A stretch of DNA of 38,519 nt from an uncultured Planctomycetota bacterium. GTDB taxonomy: Bacteria > Planctomycetota > PUPC01. The first letter of the stretch is position 1. Every line of letters starts with the position of its first letter. The position numbers and the translations under genes are program-made. The DNA is taken from NCBI GenBank assembly GCA_964490295.1, contig CAZBCO010000195.1, forward strand, positions 1 through 38,519, in the 5' to 3' direction. Shown piece after piece: positions 10,501 through 20,183 of this stretch. Below the pieces are notes generated by a model. It did not search any database. It was given only the letters and a program-made list of their open reading frames with translations, and was not told the origin of the DNA.

Positions 10501-10842
10501 ATGGAGATTCATAAGAACGATACAGTGGTGCTGCTCAAAGATTTCAGCGGGGCGACCCCGGTGCGCAAGGGCACAACCCACCGCGTCCTCCGCGTCTTCC
10601 CCAAAGCGGGCAAGCTGATCTGCGAGGGCGTGAACGTCAAGCACAAGCACGTTCGGGCCAACACGAACCGGGACTATCCGCGCGGCGGCATCATCCGCAA
10701 GGAAGCCCCGATCGACGCCTCGAACGTGGCCCTGTATTGCAACACCTGTGAGGGCAAGGCCCGCGCCCAGCGCAAGCGGGTCGATGGAAACGTCACACGC
10801 ATCTGTAAGCAGTGTGGCGGCGTGTTCGAACCGACAGCCTGA
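10501..10842 (+). CDS. rplX: 50S ribosomal protein L24 with C-terminal CxxC...CxxC zinc ribbon
   Basis: MEIHKNDTVVLL..., VNVKHKHV, GGIIRKEAPIDASNVAL, YCNTCEG...ICKQCGG. ATG 10501 lies 5 nt after GAGGA. An upstream in-frame GTG at 10489 is also possible. Confidence 0.92.
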   Translation: MEIHKNDTVVLLKDFSGATPVRKGTTHRVLRVFPKAGKLICEGVNVKHKHVRANTNRDYPRGGIIRKEAPIDASNVALYCNTCEGKARAQRKRVDGNVTRICKQCGGVFEPTA

Positions 10843-10862
10843 TGTTATTGGAGACGGGGTAC

Positions 10863-11405
10863 GTGGTGACCCTTTTGAAACAATATCAAACCGAAGTGGT
10901 TCCGGCTCTGCAAGAGCGTTTTCAATATAAGAACGTGATGGCCGTGCCGAAGCTCCAGAAAATTGTCCTGAACGCCGGCGTGGGTCGCGGCAGCGAGGAA
11001 AAAGAACGCCTGCAGCAGTCGCTCGACGACCTGACCGCTGTGGCCGGCCAGAAGGCCGTGCCCCGCAAGGCGCGCGTCTCGGTCGCCAACTTCAAAGTCC
11101 GCCAGGGCATGACCGTCGGCACGATGGTCACGCTGCGAGGCACCCGGATGTACGAATTCCTCGAACGCCTGATTGGCTTGGCGATCCCGCGAATTCGCGA
11201 CTTCCGCGGCCTCTCACCCAAGGGCTTTGACGGCCACGGCAACTATTCGTTCGGGATTAACGAGCAGGTGGTGTTCCCCGAAATCGATCCCGACGGCGTC
11301 AAGGTCACGCAAGGCATGCACATCACCTTGGTCACCAGCGCCCTGACCGATGACGAAGGCCGCGAGCTGCTGCGCCAAATGGGCATGCCGTTCGCAGAAA
11401 ACTGA
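10863..11405 (+). CDS. rplE: 50S ribosomal protein L5
   Basis: (V)VTLLKQYQTEVVPALQERFQYKNVMAVPKLQKIVLNAGVG... GTG 10863 gives an N-terminus that aligns residue for residue with typical L5. GGAG lies 9 nt upstream. ATG 10842 is an alternative start. Confidence 0.9.
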   Translation: MVTLLKQYQTEVVPALQERFQYKNVMAVPKLQKIVLNAGVGRGSEEKERLQQSLDDLTAVAGQKAVPRKARVSVANFKVRQGMTVGTMVTLRGTRMYEFLERLIGLAIPRIRDFRGLSPKGFDGHGNYSFGINEQVVFPEIDPDGVKVTQGMHITLVTSALTDDEGRELLRQMGMPFAEN

Positions 11406-11414
11406 GGATAAGGA

Positions 11415-11600
11415 ATGGCTCGGACCGCTTGGATCAACCGTTGTAACCGAACCCCGAAGTTTCCCGTGCGCGCGTACCATCGTTGTGCGTTGTGCGGGCG
11501 GCGACGCGGGTACTTGCGCAAGTTCCGGATCTGCCGCATCTGCTTCCGCAGCCTGGCCTCCAACGGGCAGATCCCCGGCGTACGAAAGGCGAGCTGGTAA
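11415..11600 (+). CDS. rpsN: 30S ribosomal protein S14, short zinc-binding (type Z) form
   Basis: 61 aa. Motif [22 protein letters not shown]...GVRKASW. Confidence 0.95.
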   Translation: MARTAWINRCNRTPKFPVRAYHRCALCGRRRGYLRKFRICRICFRSLASNGQIPGVRKASW

Positions 11601-11631
11601 GCCGCCACTGGCGAACAGGAGTCAGCGACTC

Positions 11632-12030
11632 ATGACGATGAACGACCTTGTCGCGGATATGTTGACCCGAACTCGGAACGCTCTGCGCAATCGGAGCCAG
11701 ACGGTAGAGGTCATCCACTCGAAGCTCAATGCCGCCATCGCGGAGGTCTTGAAGCGCGAGGGCTATATCCTCGATTTTCAGCCCCTGGACACCAAGCCCC
11801 AGCCCATGCTCAAGCTGTACCTCAAGTACGGGCCGGACGGCGAGGACGTGATTACCGAGATTCAGCGCGTCAGCACCGCCGGATGCCGCACCTACTCCGG
11901 CGCGGCCGACCTGAAGCCGGTCAAGAATGGCCTGGGCATCTATGTGGTCTCCACGCCCCAAGGCGTGCTGAGCGACCGGGAATGCCGACAACAACGTGTG
12001 GGCGGTGAAGTACTGTGCAGCGTGTGGTAA
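11632..12030 (+). CDS. rpsH: 30S ribosomal protein S8
   Basis: MTMNDLVADMLTRTRNA..., AEVLKREGYI, GIYVVSTPQGVLSDRECRQQRVGGEVLCSVW. Tracked ORF (11350) trimmed. Confidence 0.95.
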   Translation: MTMNDLVADMLTRTRNALRNRSQTVEVIHSKLNAAIAEVLKREGYILDFQPLDTKPQPMLKLYLKYGPDGEDVITEIQRVSTAGCRTYSGAADLKPVKNGLGIYVVSTPQGVLSDRECRQQRVGGEVLCSVW

Positions 12031-12058
12031 TCGCCTCCGCATTGGACGAGAAAGAATT

Positions 12059-12667
12059 ATGTCGCGAATAGGAAAGAACCCGATATCTGTCCCCGCCGGG
12101 GTCCAGATCGCTCTCAACGGGGCGACGCTCTCGGTGGAAGGCCCCAAGGGCAAGGTCGAAATGACCGTGCATCCTCTGATCGCCGTGACTCTCGGCGAGG
12201 GCTCCGTCACCGTCGGCCCCAAGGAGTTCGAGGGCCGCGACCCCAAGAAGCTGCGCCTGCAGGGCGCGATGTGGGGCACCACCCATCGGCTGATCAGCAA
12301 CATGATCACCGGCGTGACCGAGGGCTATAGCAAGGCCGTTCAGGTCGCGGGCGTGGGCTACGGGGCGTCGCTGTCCGGAGACCAGTTGGTCATCCGTTGC
12401 GGTTACGCCAACGAAGTCAGCATCCGAATCCCCGAAGACATCACCGTGGACCCGCCGCAGAACGACAGCGTGTCCGTGACCGGTTCTGGAGTGCTGCCCT
12501 GCGCTACCGTCACCATCCGGGGCATCGACAAGCAGCGGGTGGGTCAGTTCGCAGCCGCCGTACGGGACATCCGTCCGCCCGAACCGTACAAAGGCAAGGG
12601 CATTCGATACTTGGGCGAAGAGGTCAAACACAAGGCCGGCAAGGCGTTGGCCGCCGGCTCGTCGTAA
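12059..12667 (+). CDS. rplF: 50S ribosomal protein L6
   Basis: [17 protein letters not shown]..., [22 protein letters not shown]. Tracked ORF (11996) trimmed. Confidence 0.95.
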   Translation: MSRIGKNPISVPAGVQIALNGATLSVEGPKGKVEMTVHPLIAVTLGEGSVTVGPKEFEGRDPKKLRLQGAMWGTTHRLISNMITGVTEGYSKAVQVAGVGYGASLSGDQLVIRCGYANEVSIRIPEDITVDPPQNDSVSVTGSGVLPCATVTIRGIDKQRVGQFAAAVRDIRPPEPYKGKGIRYLGEEVKHKAGKALAAGSS

Positions 12668-12681
12668 GCAGGATAGCCGAG

Positions 12682-13050
12682 ATGAACAAGCAAAAGCTCA
12701 AACGATTGCAGCACCACCGGCGTCACCTTCGGGTGCGCAAAAAGACGTTCGGCACGGCCGACCGTCCGCGTCTTGCCGTGTACCGCAGCCTGAAGCATAT
12801 CTATGCTCAGATCATCGACGACATCAGCGGCCAGACCCTGACCGCAGCGTCGTCCCAGAGCGCCGACGTCCGCGAGGCCGTCCAGGGCACAGGCAACTGT
12901 GCCGCCGCTCAAGCGGTGGGCAAGCGCCTGGCTCAAAAGGCCGTGGCTCACGGCATTCGCACCGTCGTCTTCGACCGGGGCGGATTCAGGTATCACGGCC
13001 GGATCAAGGCCCTGGCCGACGCTGCCCGCGAGGGCGGCCTGGTTTTCTAA
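12682..13050 (+). CDS. rplR: 50S ribosomal protein L18
   Basis: [21 protein letters not shown]...[20 protein letters not shown]..., [25 protein letters not shown]. Confidence 0.95.
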   Translation: MNKQKLKRLQHHRRHLRVRKKTFGTADRPRLAVYRSLKHIYAQIIDDISGQTLTAASSQSADVREAVQGTGNCAAAQAVGKRLAQKAVAHGIRTVVFDRGGFRYHGRIKALADAAREGGLVF

Positions 13051-13087
13051 TTCGATTTTTGTAGTCACTCGTTCAGAGGAGTCCAAC

Positions 13088-13843
13088 TTGTCCGAGGCAA
13101 CACCGGAAAAAAAGGACGAGCAGAACGCTCAGGACGCTCCCGAAGTCCAGGCGGTTGAAACGCCCGCCGAAGCGTCGCCGGACACCCCGGCCGACACGTC
13201 GGCAGAGGCTTCGGAAGCCGCCACCCCGGCCGAAGGCGGCGATGCCGCCGAAGCACCGGCGGAGCAGGAGCCTGAAGCCGAACCCGTCTTCAAGCGCGGG
13301 GCGCGCTCACACCAGCCCACCGCCCGCGAACGTCGCGGCCGGCGTGGTCGGCGCGACGAACCCCAGGCCGAACAGCGTGACGACCATTACGAGAACGTGG
13401 TCAAGGTCTTTCGCACCGCTGCCGTGGTCAAGGGTGGACGTCGGTTCAGCTTTGCCGCGTTGACCGTGGTGGGCGACCGCAACGGGCGCGTGGGCATCGG
13501 CTACGGCAAAGCCAACGGTGTGCCGAACGCCGTGGAGAAGAGCTTCAAACAGGCGAGGCGCTCGATGCACAAGGTGACTCTGGCGGGCCATACCCTGCCG
13601 CACGAGGTCACCGGCCGCTATCTCGCCTCGCGCGTCTTTATGCGCCCGGCCGCGCCGGGTACCGGCATCATCGCCGGAGCCGCCGTCCGAGCCGTGGTCG
13701 AAGCCGCCGGCGTGCGGGACGTGCTGACCAAGGCTTACGGCAGCACTGCGTCCAAAAACTTGGTGAAAGCCACGCTGCAGGGCCTGCAAGCGCTCCGCGA
13801 CCGGGCCACCGTGGCGAGACTGAGAGGAGTGGAACTCGAGTGA
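13088..13843 (+). CDS. rpsE: 30S ribosomal protein S5 with long acidic Pro/Ala-rich N-terminal extension
   Basis: Core motifs VKVFRTAAVVKGGRRFSFAALTVVGDRNGRVGIGYGKA and GTGIIAGAAVRAVVEAAGV. TTG 13088 lies 6 nt after GAGGAG and is the first plausible start after the rplR stop. Confidence 0.88.
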   Translation: MSEATPEKKDEQNAQDAPEVQAVETPAEASPDTPADTSAEASEAATPAEGGDAAEAPAEQEPEAEPVFKRGARSHQPTARERRGRRGRRDEPQAEQRDDHYENVVKVFRTAAVVKGGRRFSFAALTVVGDRNGRVGIGYGKANGVPNAVEKSFKQARRSMHKVTLAGHTLPHEVTGRYLASRVFMRPAAPGTGIIAGAAVRAVVEAAGVRDVLTKAYGSTASKNLVKATLQGLQALRDRATVARLRGVELE

Positions 13844-14283
13844 ATCTTTCAGACGCCGTCTCCGGACAACGTTATAAAGGCACCAAGCGGGTGGGCCGTG
13901 GGAACGGCTCCGGCTGGGGCAAGACCTCGGCCCGCGGCCATCGCGGGGCCAAGTCCCGCTCCGGAGCGCGCATCCCCGCCACCTATGAAGGCGGGCAGAT
14001 GCCCCTCTTCCGTCGGCTGCCGAAGCGCGGCTTCAACAACCTGCGCTTCCAGAAGCGGCCCTCGGTGATCAACATCGGCGACCTGGCCAACTGGCCGGTC
14101 GAAGAAGTGGTCACGCCCGAAGCCCTGCTGAAGACCGGTTTTGTCGACAGCATCGCCAATGGCGTGAAGATTCTGGGAAACGGCGACGTATCGCGCCCCC
14201 TGACGGTCAAGGCCCATGCCTTCTCCGCCACGGCCCAAGAGAAGATCGAAGCGGCCGGCGGCAAGGCCGAACTGATCCGGTAA
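13840..14283 (+). CDS. rplO: 50S ribosomal protein L15
   Basis: KRVGRGNGSGWGKTSARGHRG, GGQMPLFRRLPKRGF. GTG overlaps the rpsE stop. Confidence 0.95.
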   Translation: MNLSDAVSGQRYKGTKRVGRGNGSGWGKTSARGHRGAKSRSGARIPATYEGGQMPLFRRLPKRGFNNLRFQKRPSVINIGDLANWPVEEVVTPEALLKTGFVDSIANGVKILGNGDVSRPLTVKAHAFSATAQEKIEAAGGKAELIR

Positions 14284-14298
14284 TCAGGAAAGCAAATC

Positions 14299-15669
14299 GT
14301 GCTTGAACCGCTTATTAACTGCTTTCGGATTCCTGAGCTACGGCGGAAGATTCTCTTCACGCTGTTTATGCTCGCCCTCTTCCGGGTGGGGGCCTTTGTG
14401 CCCATCCCCGGCGTGGACACCCAGGTGGTGCGGAAAACCGCCGAAGACCTGGGCTCCGGGGCGATGGGCTTGGTCGATATGTTCTCCGGCGGCGCCCTGA
14501 GCAACGGGTCGGTCTTTGCCCTGGGCATCATGCCCTACATCAGCGCCTCGATTATCTTCCAGCTTCTGGCCACGGTGATCAAGCCGCTGGAAGAGCTGCA
14601 GAAGGAAGGCGAGGCCGGGCAGAAGAAGATCAACCAATACACGCGGTACGCCACCGTACTGCTTTGCATTGTTCAGGCCATTTTCATCGCCCGAAGCGTC
14701 AAGAACATCCAGTCCGGCGGCCAATATCTGGTGCCCAACCGAGCGGGCTTTAGCTTCGAGCTGATGAGCATCGTGGCCCTCACCGCCGGCGCGCTGTTGG
14801 TGATGTGGATCGGCGAGCAGATCCAAGAGCACGGCGTGGGTGACGGCATCTCGCTGCTGATTATGGCCGGCATCGTGGCGCGAATGCCCGCGATGGTGCG
14901 TCACGTCTGGGTGGACCAGGTGGGCCAGAACCTCTGGAACCCGGCGGAGGGCAAGATCGGCATCCTGGGCGTCGTGGGGATGGTGATGATGTATGTGTTG
15001 GTGGTGGTCGGCGTGGTGCTGTTACACCAGGGCCAGCGCCGGATTACCATTCAAACCGCGAAGCAGATCAAGGGCCGGCGCGTCTTTGGCGGACAGCGCT
15101 ACTATCTGCCGCTGAAGGTCGGGGCCGCGGGCGTCATCCCCATCATCTTCGCCCAATCGCTGCTTCAGTTTCCCGGCTGGATTTTCATGGGGCTGGCCCA
15201 GAGGGCTCAGAGCGAGTTCAGCGCCAACCTCTGGGGCTTCATGTATAACCTGTTCCACTACGAGAGCTTCAGCTATCTGGTGGTTTATATCGCGTTGATT
15301 ATGTTCTTCTCCTTCTTCTGGACCGCGGTGCAGTTCAACCCCATCAAGATGGCGGACGAGATGAAGGAGCACGGCAATTTTGTACCCGGCATCCGGCCCG
15401 GCAAGCGCACGTCCGAGTATTTCGAGCGGGTGATGACGCGCATCACGCTCGCCGGCTCGGCCTTCATCGCCATGATCGCGGTGTTGCCCCTGTTGGTTCA
15501 GCAATCCACCGATCTCGGCCCGGTGGCCTATATCTACGGCGGCACCGGCATCCTCATCGTGGTGGGCGTGGCCTTGGACCTGGTGCAGAAAATCGAGAAT
15601 CATCTGTTGATGCGACATTACGACGGGTTCCTCAAAGGGGGCTCGCGAATCAAAGGAAGACGAGGCTAA
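14299..15669 (+). CDS. secY: Preprotein translocase subunit SecY
   Basis: 456 aa, multi-TM. Motifs ELRRKILFTLFMLALFRVGAFVPIPGVD, SVFALGIMPYISASIIFQLL, GEAGQKKINQYTRY, LIMAGIV. Confidence 0.97.
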   Translation: MLEPLINCFRIPELRRKILFTLFMLALFRVGAFVPIPGVDTQVVRKTAEDLGSGAMGLVDMFSGGALSNGSVFALGIMPYISASIIFQLLATVIKPLEELQKEGEAGQKKINQYTRYATVLLCIVQAIFIARSVKNIQSGGQYLVPNRAGFSFELMSIVALTAGALLVMWIGEQIQEHGVGDGISLLIMAGIVARMPAMVRHVWVDQVGQNLWNPAEGKIGILGVVGMVMMYVLVVVGVVLLHQGQRRITIQTAKQIKGRRVFGGQRYYLPLKVGAAGVIPIIFAQSLLQFPGWIFMGLAQRAQSEFSANLWGFMYNLFHYESFSYLVVYIALIMFFSFFWTAVQFNPIKMADEMKEHGNFVPGIRPGKRTSEYFERVMTRITLAGSAFIAMIAVLPLLVQQSTDLGPVAYIYGGTGILIVVGVALDLVQKIENHLLMRHYDGFLKGGSRIKGRRG

Positions 15670-15670
15670 T

Positions 15671-16321
15671 ATGGGTTTACGACTGATCTTTCTCGGCCCT
15701 CCGGGCGTTGGTAAAGGCACCCAGGCCAAGGGCTTGGCCGCCGACCGGGGCATCCCCCACATCTCCACCGGTGATATTCTCCGGGCCGAGGTGGGCAACG
15801 GGACCGAGCTGGGCCGCAAGGCCAAGGAATATATGGACGCCGGCGATCTGGTGCCCGACGCCTTGGTGGTGGAAATGGTCGCCCAGCGGCTGACGCAACC
15901 GGATTGCAGTGGCGGCTACCTGCTCGACGGGTTCCCCCGAACCATGGCCCAGGCCTTGGCCCTGGAAGAGAAGCTCAACGAGCGCAACGAGGCCATTGAC
16001 CGGGTGCTCTACTTCTCCGCCCCCGACGCGGTGCTGGTTCAGCGCCTTTCGGGACGACGGATGTGCCCGGCCTGCAACGCCGGGTATCATGTCGAGGCTA
16101 TGCCACCCAAGGTCAGCGGCGTCTGCGACCGGTGCGGCACGGAGCTGATTCAGCGCGACGACGATCAGCCCGAAGCGATTCAGAACCGCCTGGAGGTCTA
16201 TAAGGCCCAGACGCAGGAATTGATCGACTATTATCGCCGTGCCGGCACGCTGGTCGAAATCGACAGCACCGGCACCGTGGACGCCATTGCCGATGCGGTG
16301 GCCGCCTCTTTGGAAAGCTAG
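15671..16321 (+). CDS. adk: Adenylate kinase (Cys4 zinc lid)
   Basis: LIFLGPPGVGKGTQA, ISTGDILRAEV, GYLLDGFPRT. Lid is CPACNAGYH...CDRCG. Confidence 0.96.
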   Translation: MGLRLIFLGPPGVGKGTQAKGLAADRGIPHISTGDILRAEVGNGTELGRKAKEYMDAGDLVPDALVVEMVAQRLTQPDCSGGYLLDGFPRTMAQALALEEKLNERNEAIDRVLYFSAPDAVLVQRLSGRRMCPACNAGYHVEAMPPKVSGVCDRCGTELIQRDDDQPEAIQNRLEVYKAQTQELIDYYRRAGTLVEIDSTGTVDAIADAVAASLES

Positions 16322-16390
16322 ATGTCGCCGGAGCCGCCCAGGGCGGTTCGGCGGATGTACGATGTGGTTCTTTGAGAAATCAGGCAGGCT

Positions 16391-17173
16391 ATGTTCGGCG
16401 AGATACCGCTCAGGACACCCCAGGAATTGACGTTGATGCGCGAGGCCGGGCGAATTGCAGCCTTGGTCCTTGAGCAGATGAAGGAGCGGGTTGAACCGGG
16501 TATCACCACCCTTGAGCTGGATGCCCTCGCCGAGGAGACCATTGTCCTCCACGGCGGGCGGCCGGCGTTCAAGGGCTATCGGGTACCGGGCCGCAAGCCG
16601 TTTCCCGCCACCCTGTGTACGTCGGTCAACGACGAGGTGGTCCATGGCATCCCCAACGCGACCCCGCTTCGGGCGGGCGATATCGTGGGGATTGACGTGG
16701 GTGTGGATTATCAGGGCTTTTACGGCGATACCGCCGTCACCCTGCCGGTCGGGCAGGTATCGGCGGAGGCTCAGCGGCTGATGTCGGTGTGTGCCGAGGC
16801 GTTGCAACAGGCCATTGACCGGGCGATGAAGCCGGGTCAGCCCCTCTCCGAGATCGGGCGGGTGGTGCAGGGCTACGCCGAATCGCACGGCTTCTCCGTG
16901 GTGCGCGACTTTGTCGGGCACGGCGTCGGCACCGAGCTGCACCAGCCGCCCCGCGAGGTGCCCAACTACGTGACCCGGCGTTGCGCCGACGTGGTGATGA
17001 AGCCGGGGCTGGTCATCGCGATTGAGCCGATGATCAACGCCGGGCGGTATGATGTCGCCGTGGACCCCGACAACGAGTGGGTGGTTCGCACGGCGGACGG
17101 ACGGCTGTCAGCCCATTTCGAGCACACCGTGGCGATCACGCCCGACGGGTGCCGGGTGCTGACCCTGCCGTAG
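16391..17173 (+). CDS. map: Methionine aminopeptidase, type I
   Basis: 260 aa. Motifs [49 protein letters not shown]. Confidence 0.95.
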   Translation: MFGEIPLRTPQELTLMREAGRIAALVLEQMKERVEPGITTLELDALAEETIVLHGGRPAFKGYRVPGRKPFPATLCTSVNDEVVHGIPNATPLRAGDIVGIDVGVDYQGFYGDTAVTLPVGQVSAEAQRLMSVCAEALQQAIDRAMKPGQPLSEIGRVVQGYAESHGFSVVRDFVGHGVGTELHQPPREVPNYVTRRCADVVMKPGLVIAIEPMINAGRYDVAVDPDNEWVVRTADGRLSAHFEHTVAITPDGCRVLTLP

Positions 17174-17190
17174 GCAACGTAAGAGGATTT

Positions 17191-17463
17191 ATGGCTAAGG
17201 AAGAAGCAATACGAGTGGATGCGGTGGTGCGAGAGGCCCTGCCCAACGCGATGTTCAGCGTCGAGTTGGAAAACGGGCATCGCGTGCTTGCCCACGTCTC
17301 CGGAAAGATGCGGATGCACTTCATTCGCATTCTGCCCGGCGACCAGATCAGTATCGAAATGTCACCGTACGACTTGACCAAGGGTCGAATCGTGTACCGC
17401 GAAGAGCGGCAATCACAGCGATCGCCTGGCGGCGGCGGTGGCGGACGGAAAGGAAGGCGTTAG
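17191..17463 (+). CDS. infA: Translation initiation factor IF-1 with Gly/Arg-rich C-terminal tail
   Basis: [51 protein letters not shown]...GRIVYR, followed by [20 protein letters not shown]. Confidence 0.94.
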   Translation: MAKEEAIRVDAVVREALPNAMFSVELENGHRVLAHVSGKMRMHFIRILPGDQISIEMSPYDLTKGRIVYREERQSQRSPGGGGGGRKGRR

Positions 17464-17464
17464 G

Positions 17465-17581
17465 ATGAAAGTTCGGACTTCGGTCAAACGCATTTGTGAA
17501 AACTGTAAATTGATCAAGCGTCGCGGCGTGGTGCGAGTGATCTGCACCGAGCCTCGGCACAAGCAGCGCCAGGGCCGTTAG
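17465..17581 (+). CDS. rpmJ: 50S ribosomal protein L36 (zinc-binding form)
   Basis: Not in the ORF track (38 aa). My translation: [38 protein letters not shown]. Stop TAG at 17579-17581. Confidence 0.93.
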   Translation: MKVRTSVKRICENCKLIKRRGVVRVICTEPRHKQRQGR

Positions 17582-17606
17582 GCCCGGCCAACGAAGGAGC
17601 GATCTT

Positions 17607-17987
17607 ATGCCCCGTCTGATGGGTGTTGATATTCCGGGTCACAAGCACGTCGAGATCTCCTTGACGTACATTCACGGCATTGGCCGATCCTCCGCCGTCA
17701 AAATCTGTGCCGAGGCGGGCATCGAGCTGGGCACCCGGGCCGACGACCTGACTGAAGAGCATATTTCACGGATCATCGCCATCATCGACCGGTCGTACAC
17801 CGTCGAAGGCGAGCTGCGGCGGATGGTCACCCAGAACATCGCCCGCCTCCGTGAGATCAACTGTTACCGCGGGACCCGGCATCGCCGTGGCCTGCCTGTG
17901 CGTGGCCAGCGAACTCGCACCAACGCACGCACTCGTAAAGGACCCAAGAAGACCGTGGCCGGTAAGAAGAGCGTCAAGGGCCTCTAA
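17607..17987 (+). CDS. rpsM: 30S ribosomal protein S13
   Basis: [26 protein letters not shown]..., [26 protein letters not shown]. Confidence 0.97.
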   Translation: MPRLMGVDIPGHKHVEISLTYIHGIGRSSAVKICAEAGIELGTRADDLTEEHISRIIAIIDRSYTVEGELRRMVTQNIARLREINCYRGTRHRRGLPVRGQRTRTNARTRKGPKKTVAGKKSVKGL

Positions 17988-18019
17988 CGTTCCGGACGGC
18001 ATAGGGACAGGAGACATTC

Positions 18020-18400
18020 ATGGCAAAGAGCGTCAAAAAGCGCGTACGGCGCGTATCCTCTCAGGCGATCGCGACCGTCAAAGCGACGTTCAACAACACG
18101 ATCGTGGCGATCACCGACCTGAACGGCGACGTGCTGTGCTGGACCAGCGCCGGGCAGCTGGGCTTCAAGGGGTCGCGCAAGAGCACCCCGTTTGCAGCCC
18201 AGCGTGCCGCCGAGAGCGTGGCCCAAAAGGCCCAGAAGATGGGCGTGCGGTCCATCGAAGTCCGGGTCAAAGGCCCCGGCTCCGGCCGCGAGTCCGCCGT
18301 GCGGGCCTTGCAGGCCGCCGGATTGGAAATCAAGGCGATTGAAGATGTAACGCCGTTGCCCCACAACGGGTGCAGGCCGCGCAAGCGGCGGCGTGTGTAA
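18020..18400 (+). CDS. rpsK: 30S ribosomal protein S11
   Basis: [68 protein letters not shown]. Confidence 0.97.
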   Translation: MAKSVKKRVRRVSSQAIATVKATFNNTIVAITDLNGDVLCWTSAGQLGFKGSRKSTPFAAQRAAESVAQKAQKMGVRSIEVRVKGPGSGRESAVRALQAAGLEIKAIEDVTPLPHNGCRPRKRRRV

Positions 18401-18454
18401 CGCTGCGTGCCGGCCACCTCGGCCACGATGCAGCCACCGATAAGGAGATAGGGA

Positions 18455-19084
18455 TTGGGACGTTACACCGGACCAAAATGTCGGCTCTGCCGGCGTGAAG
18501 GCATCAAACTCTTCCTCAAGGGAACGCGGTGCGACACCGCCAAGTGCGCCTTGGAGCGCCGCCAGTATCCCCCGGGAGCCACCGCCTTCCGTCGCCGCAA
18601 GATCACCCCGTACGGGCTTCAGCTGCGCGAGAAGCAAAAGCTCAAGCGCTACTATGGCGTCGCCGAGAAGCAGTTCCGGCTGGCCTTCGCCCGCGCCGAA
18701 CGGACCCACGGCAACACCGGTGAAAACCTGTTGCTGCTGATGGAACGCCGCTTGGACAATGTGGTCGCTGCGCTGGGCCTGTCGCTCTCGCACAGCAGCG
18801 CTCGCCAGTTCATCCGGCACGGGCATGTGATGGTCAACGGACGGCGCGCCTCGATTGCGTCGATGATTGTTTCGGCCGGCGATGAGATTTCCGTCGTCAA
18901 CCGGGACAAGTCCAAGGCCTTGGCGGCCGAGTCGCTGACCATCACCGAGAACCAACCCTTGCCGACCTGGCTGGAGCTGGTCTCCGTGGAACCCCCCGTC
19001 GGTCGCGTCGTTCGCGAGCCGACGCGGGAAGACGTGCAACTCCCGGTCGAAGAGCAGCTCGTCGTCGAGCTTCTGTCGAAATAG
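18455..19084 (+). CDS. rpsD: 30S ribosomal protein S4
   Basis: MGRYTGPKCRLCRREG..., YGLQLREKQKLKRYYG, RLDNVV, ARQFIRHGHVMVNG. TTG start after AAGGAG. Confidence 0.95.
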   Translation: MGRYTGPKCRLCRREGIKLFLKGTRCDTAKCALERRQYPPGATAFRRRKITPYGLQLREKQKLKRYYGVAEKQFRLAFARAERTHGNTGENLLLLMERRLDNVVAALGLSLSHSSARQFIRHGHVMVNGRRASIASMIVSAGDEISVVNRDKSKALAAESLTITENQPLPTWLELVSVEPPVGRVVREPTREDVQLPVEEQLVVELLSK

Positions 19085-19125
19085 AACCTGCAAGATAATC
19101 GCCCCCACGGCGTGGAGGAAAAGAG

Positions 19126-20106
19126 ATGCGAAAAAGGTGGATGGGATTCGAGCTTCCGGTCCGTGTCGTTTGCGACAGGGAAACGCTCACCGACACCTAC
19201 GGCAAATTTACCGCCGAGCCGTTTGAGCGCGGCTACGGCAACACCGTCGGCAACGGCCTGCGGCGTGTGCTGCTGTCGTCCCTGCGTGGAGCTGCGATTT
19301 CGGGCGTGAAGTTCGAGGGCGTTCAGCATCAGTTCCAGACCATCCCCGGCGTGGTGGAAGATGTCACCGACATCTGCCTCAACCTCAAGAAGGTGCTGGT
19401 CAAGCTCCACAGCGACGGCGTGAAGGAAATGCAGCTCGACGTCCAGCGCAAAGGCCCGATTACCGCCGGCGACCTGCTGCACGACGCCGACATCGAGATC
19501 GCCAACCCCGACCAGCATATCGCCACGGTCAGCGAAGGCGGGCGCATCGTCGCCCAACTCGAAGTCCGGCCCGGCCGCGGCTACAAAGTCGCCGAGGAGT
19601 TCCTCAAGGAAGATATCGGCTTCATCCCCTTGGACTGCATCTTCTCGCCGGTGATCCGAGTCAAGCCGTCCATCGAGAACTGCCGCGTGGGCCAGGTGAC
19701 CAACTACGACCGCCTCACGCTGGAGATCACCACCAACGGCACGGTGGACCCCGAAATGGCCCTGGTCGAGGCCGCCCGGATTTACCGCAAGCACCTCGAC
19801 CCGTTCGTTCAGTACTTCGAGCTGGGGCCGCCCATCGAAGACGCGGCCTCGCAGCTCGCCGCCCAGAAGGAGCTGGAGCACAAGACCGAACTCGAACGCA
19901 AGCTGGCCCGCTCGGTGGACGATCTCGAGCTGTCCGTCCGCGCGGCCAACTGCCTCGCGTCGCAGAAGATCGAGACGCTCCGCGACCTGGTGACCAAAAC
20001 CGAGGCCGAAATGCTCGCGATGCGCAACTTCGGCCAGACCTCGCTGACCGAGGTCAAGAATAAGCTGACCGAGCTCGAACTCGAACTCGGCATGTCGATC
20101 GACTGA
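19126..20106 (+). CDS. rpoA: DNA-directed RNA polymerase subunit alpha
   Basis: 326 aa. Motifs FTAEPFERGYGNTVGNGLRRVLLSSL, and C-terminal domain LELSVRAANCL...ETLRDLV, NFGQTSLTEVKNKL. Confidence 0.96.
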   Translation: MRKRWMGFELPVRVVCDRETLTDTYGKFTAEPFERGYGNTVGNGLRRVLLSSLRGAAISGVKFEGVQHQFQTIPGVVEDVTDICLNLKKVLVKLHSDGVKEMQLDVQRKGPITAGDLLHDADIEIANPDQHIATVSEGGRIVAQLEVRPGRGYKVAEEFLKEDIGFIPLDCIFSPVIRVKPSIENCRVGQVTNYDRLTLEITTNGTVDPEMALVEAARIYRKHLDPFVQYFELGPPIEDAASQLAAQKELEHKTELERKLARSVDDLELSVRAANCLASQKIETLRDLVTKTEAEMLAMRNFGQTSLTEVKNKLTELELELGMSID

Positions 20107-20183
20107 GAGAAGACCGAGCCGACCGCGTACATCGTGGACATCGCGGACGGAAGCCCCGTTACTGAGAGACAGGACAGGATAAG

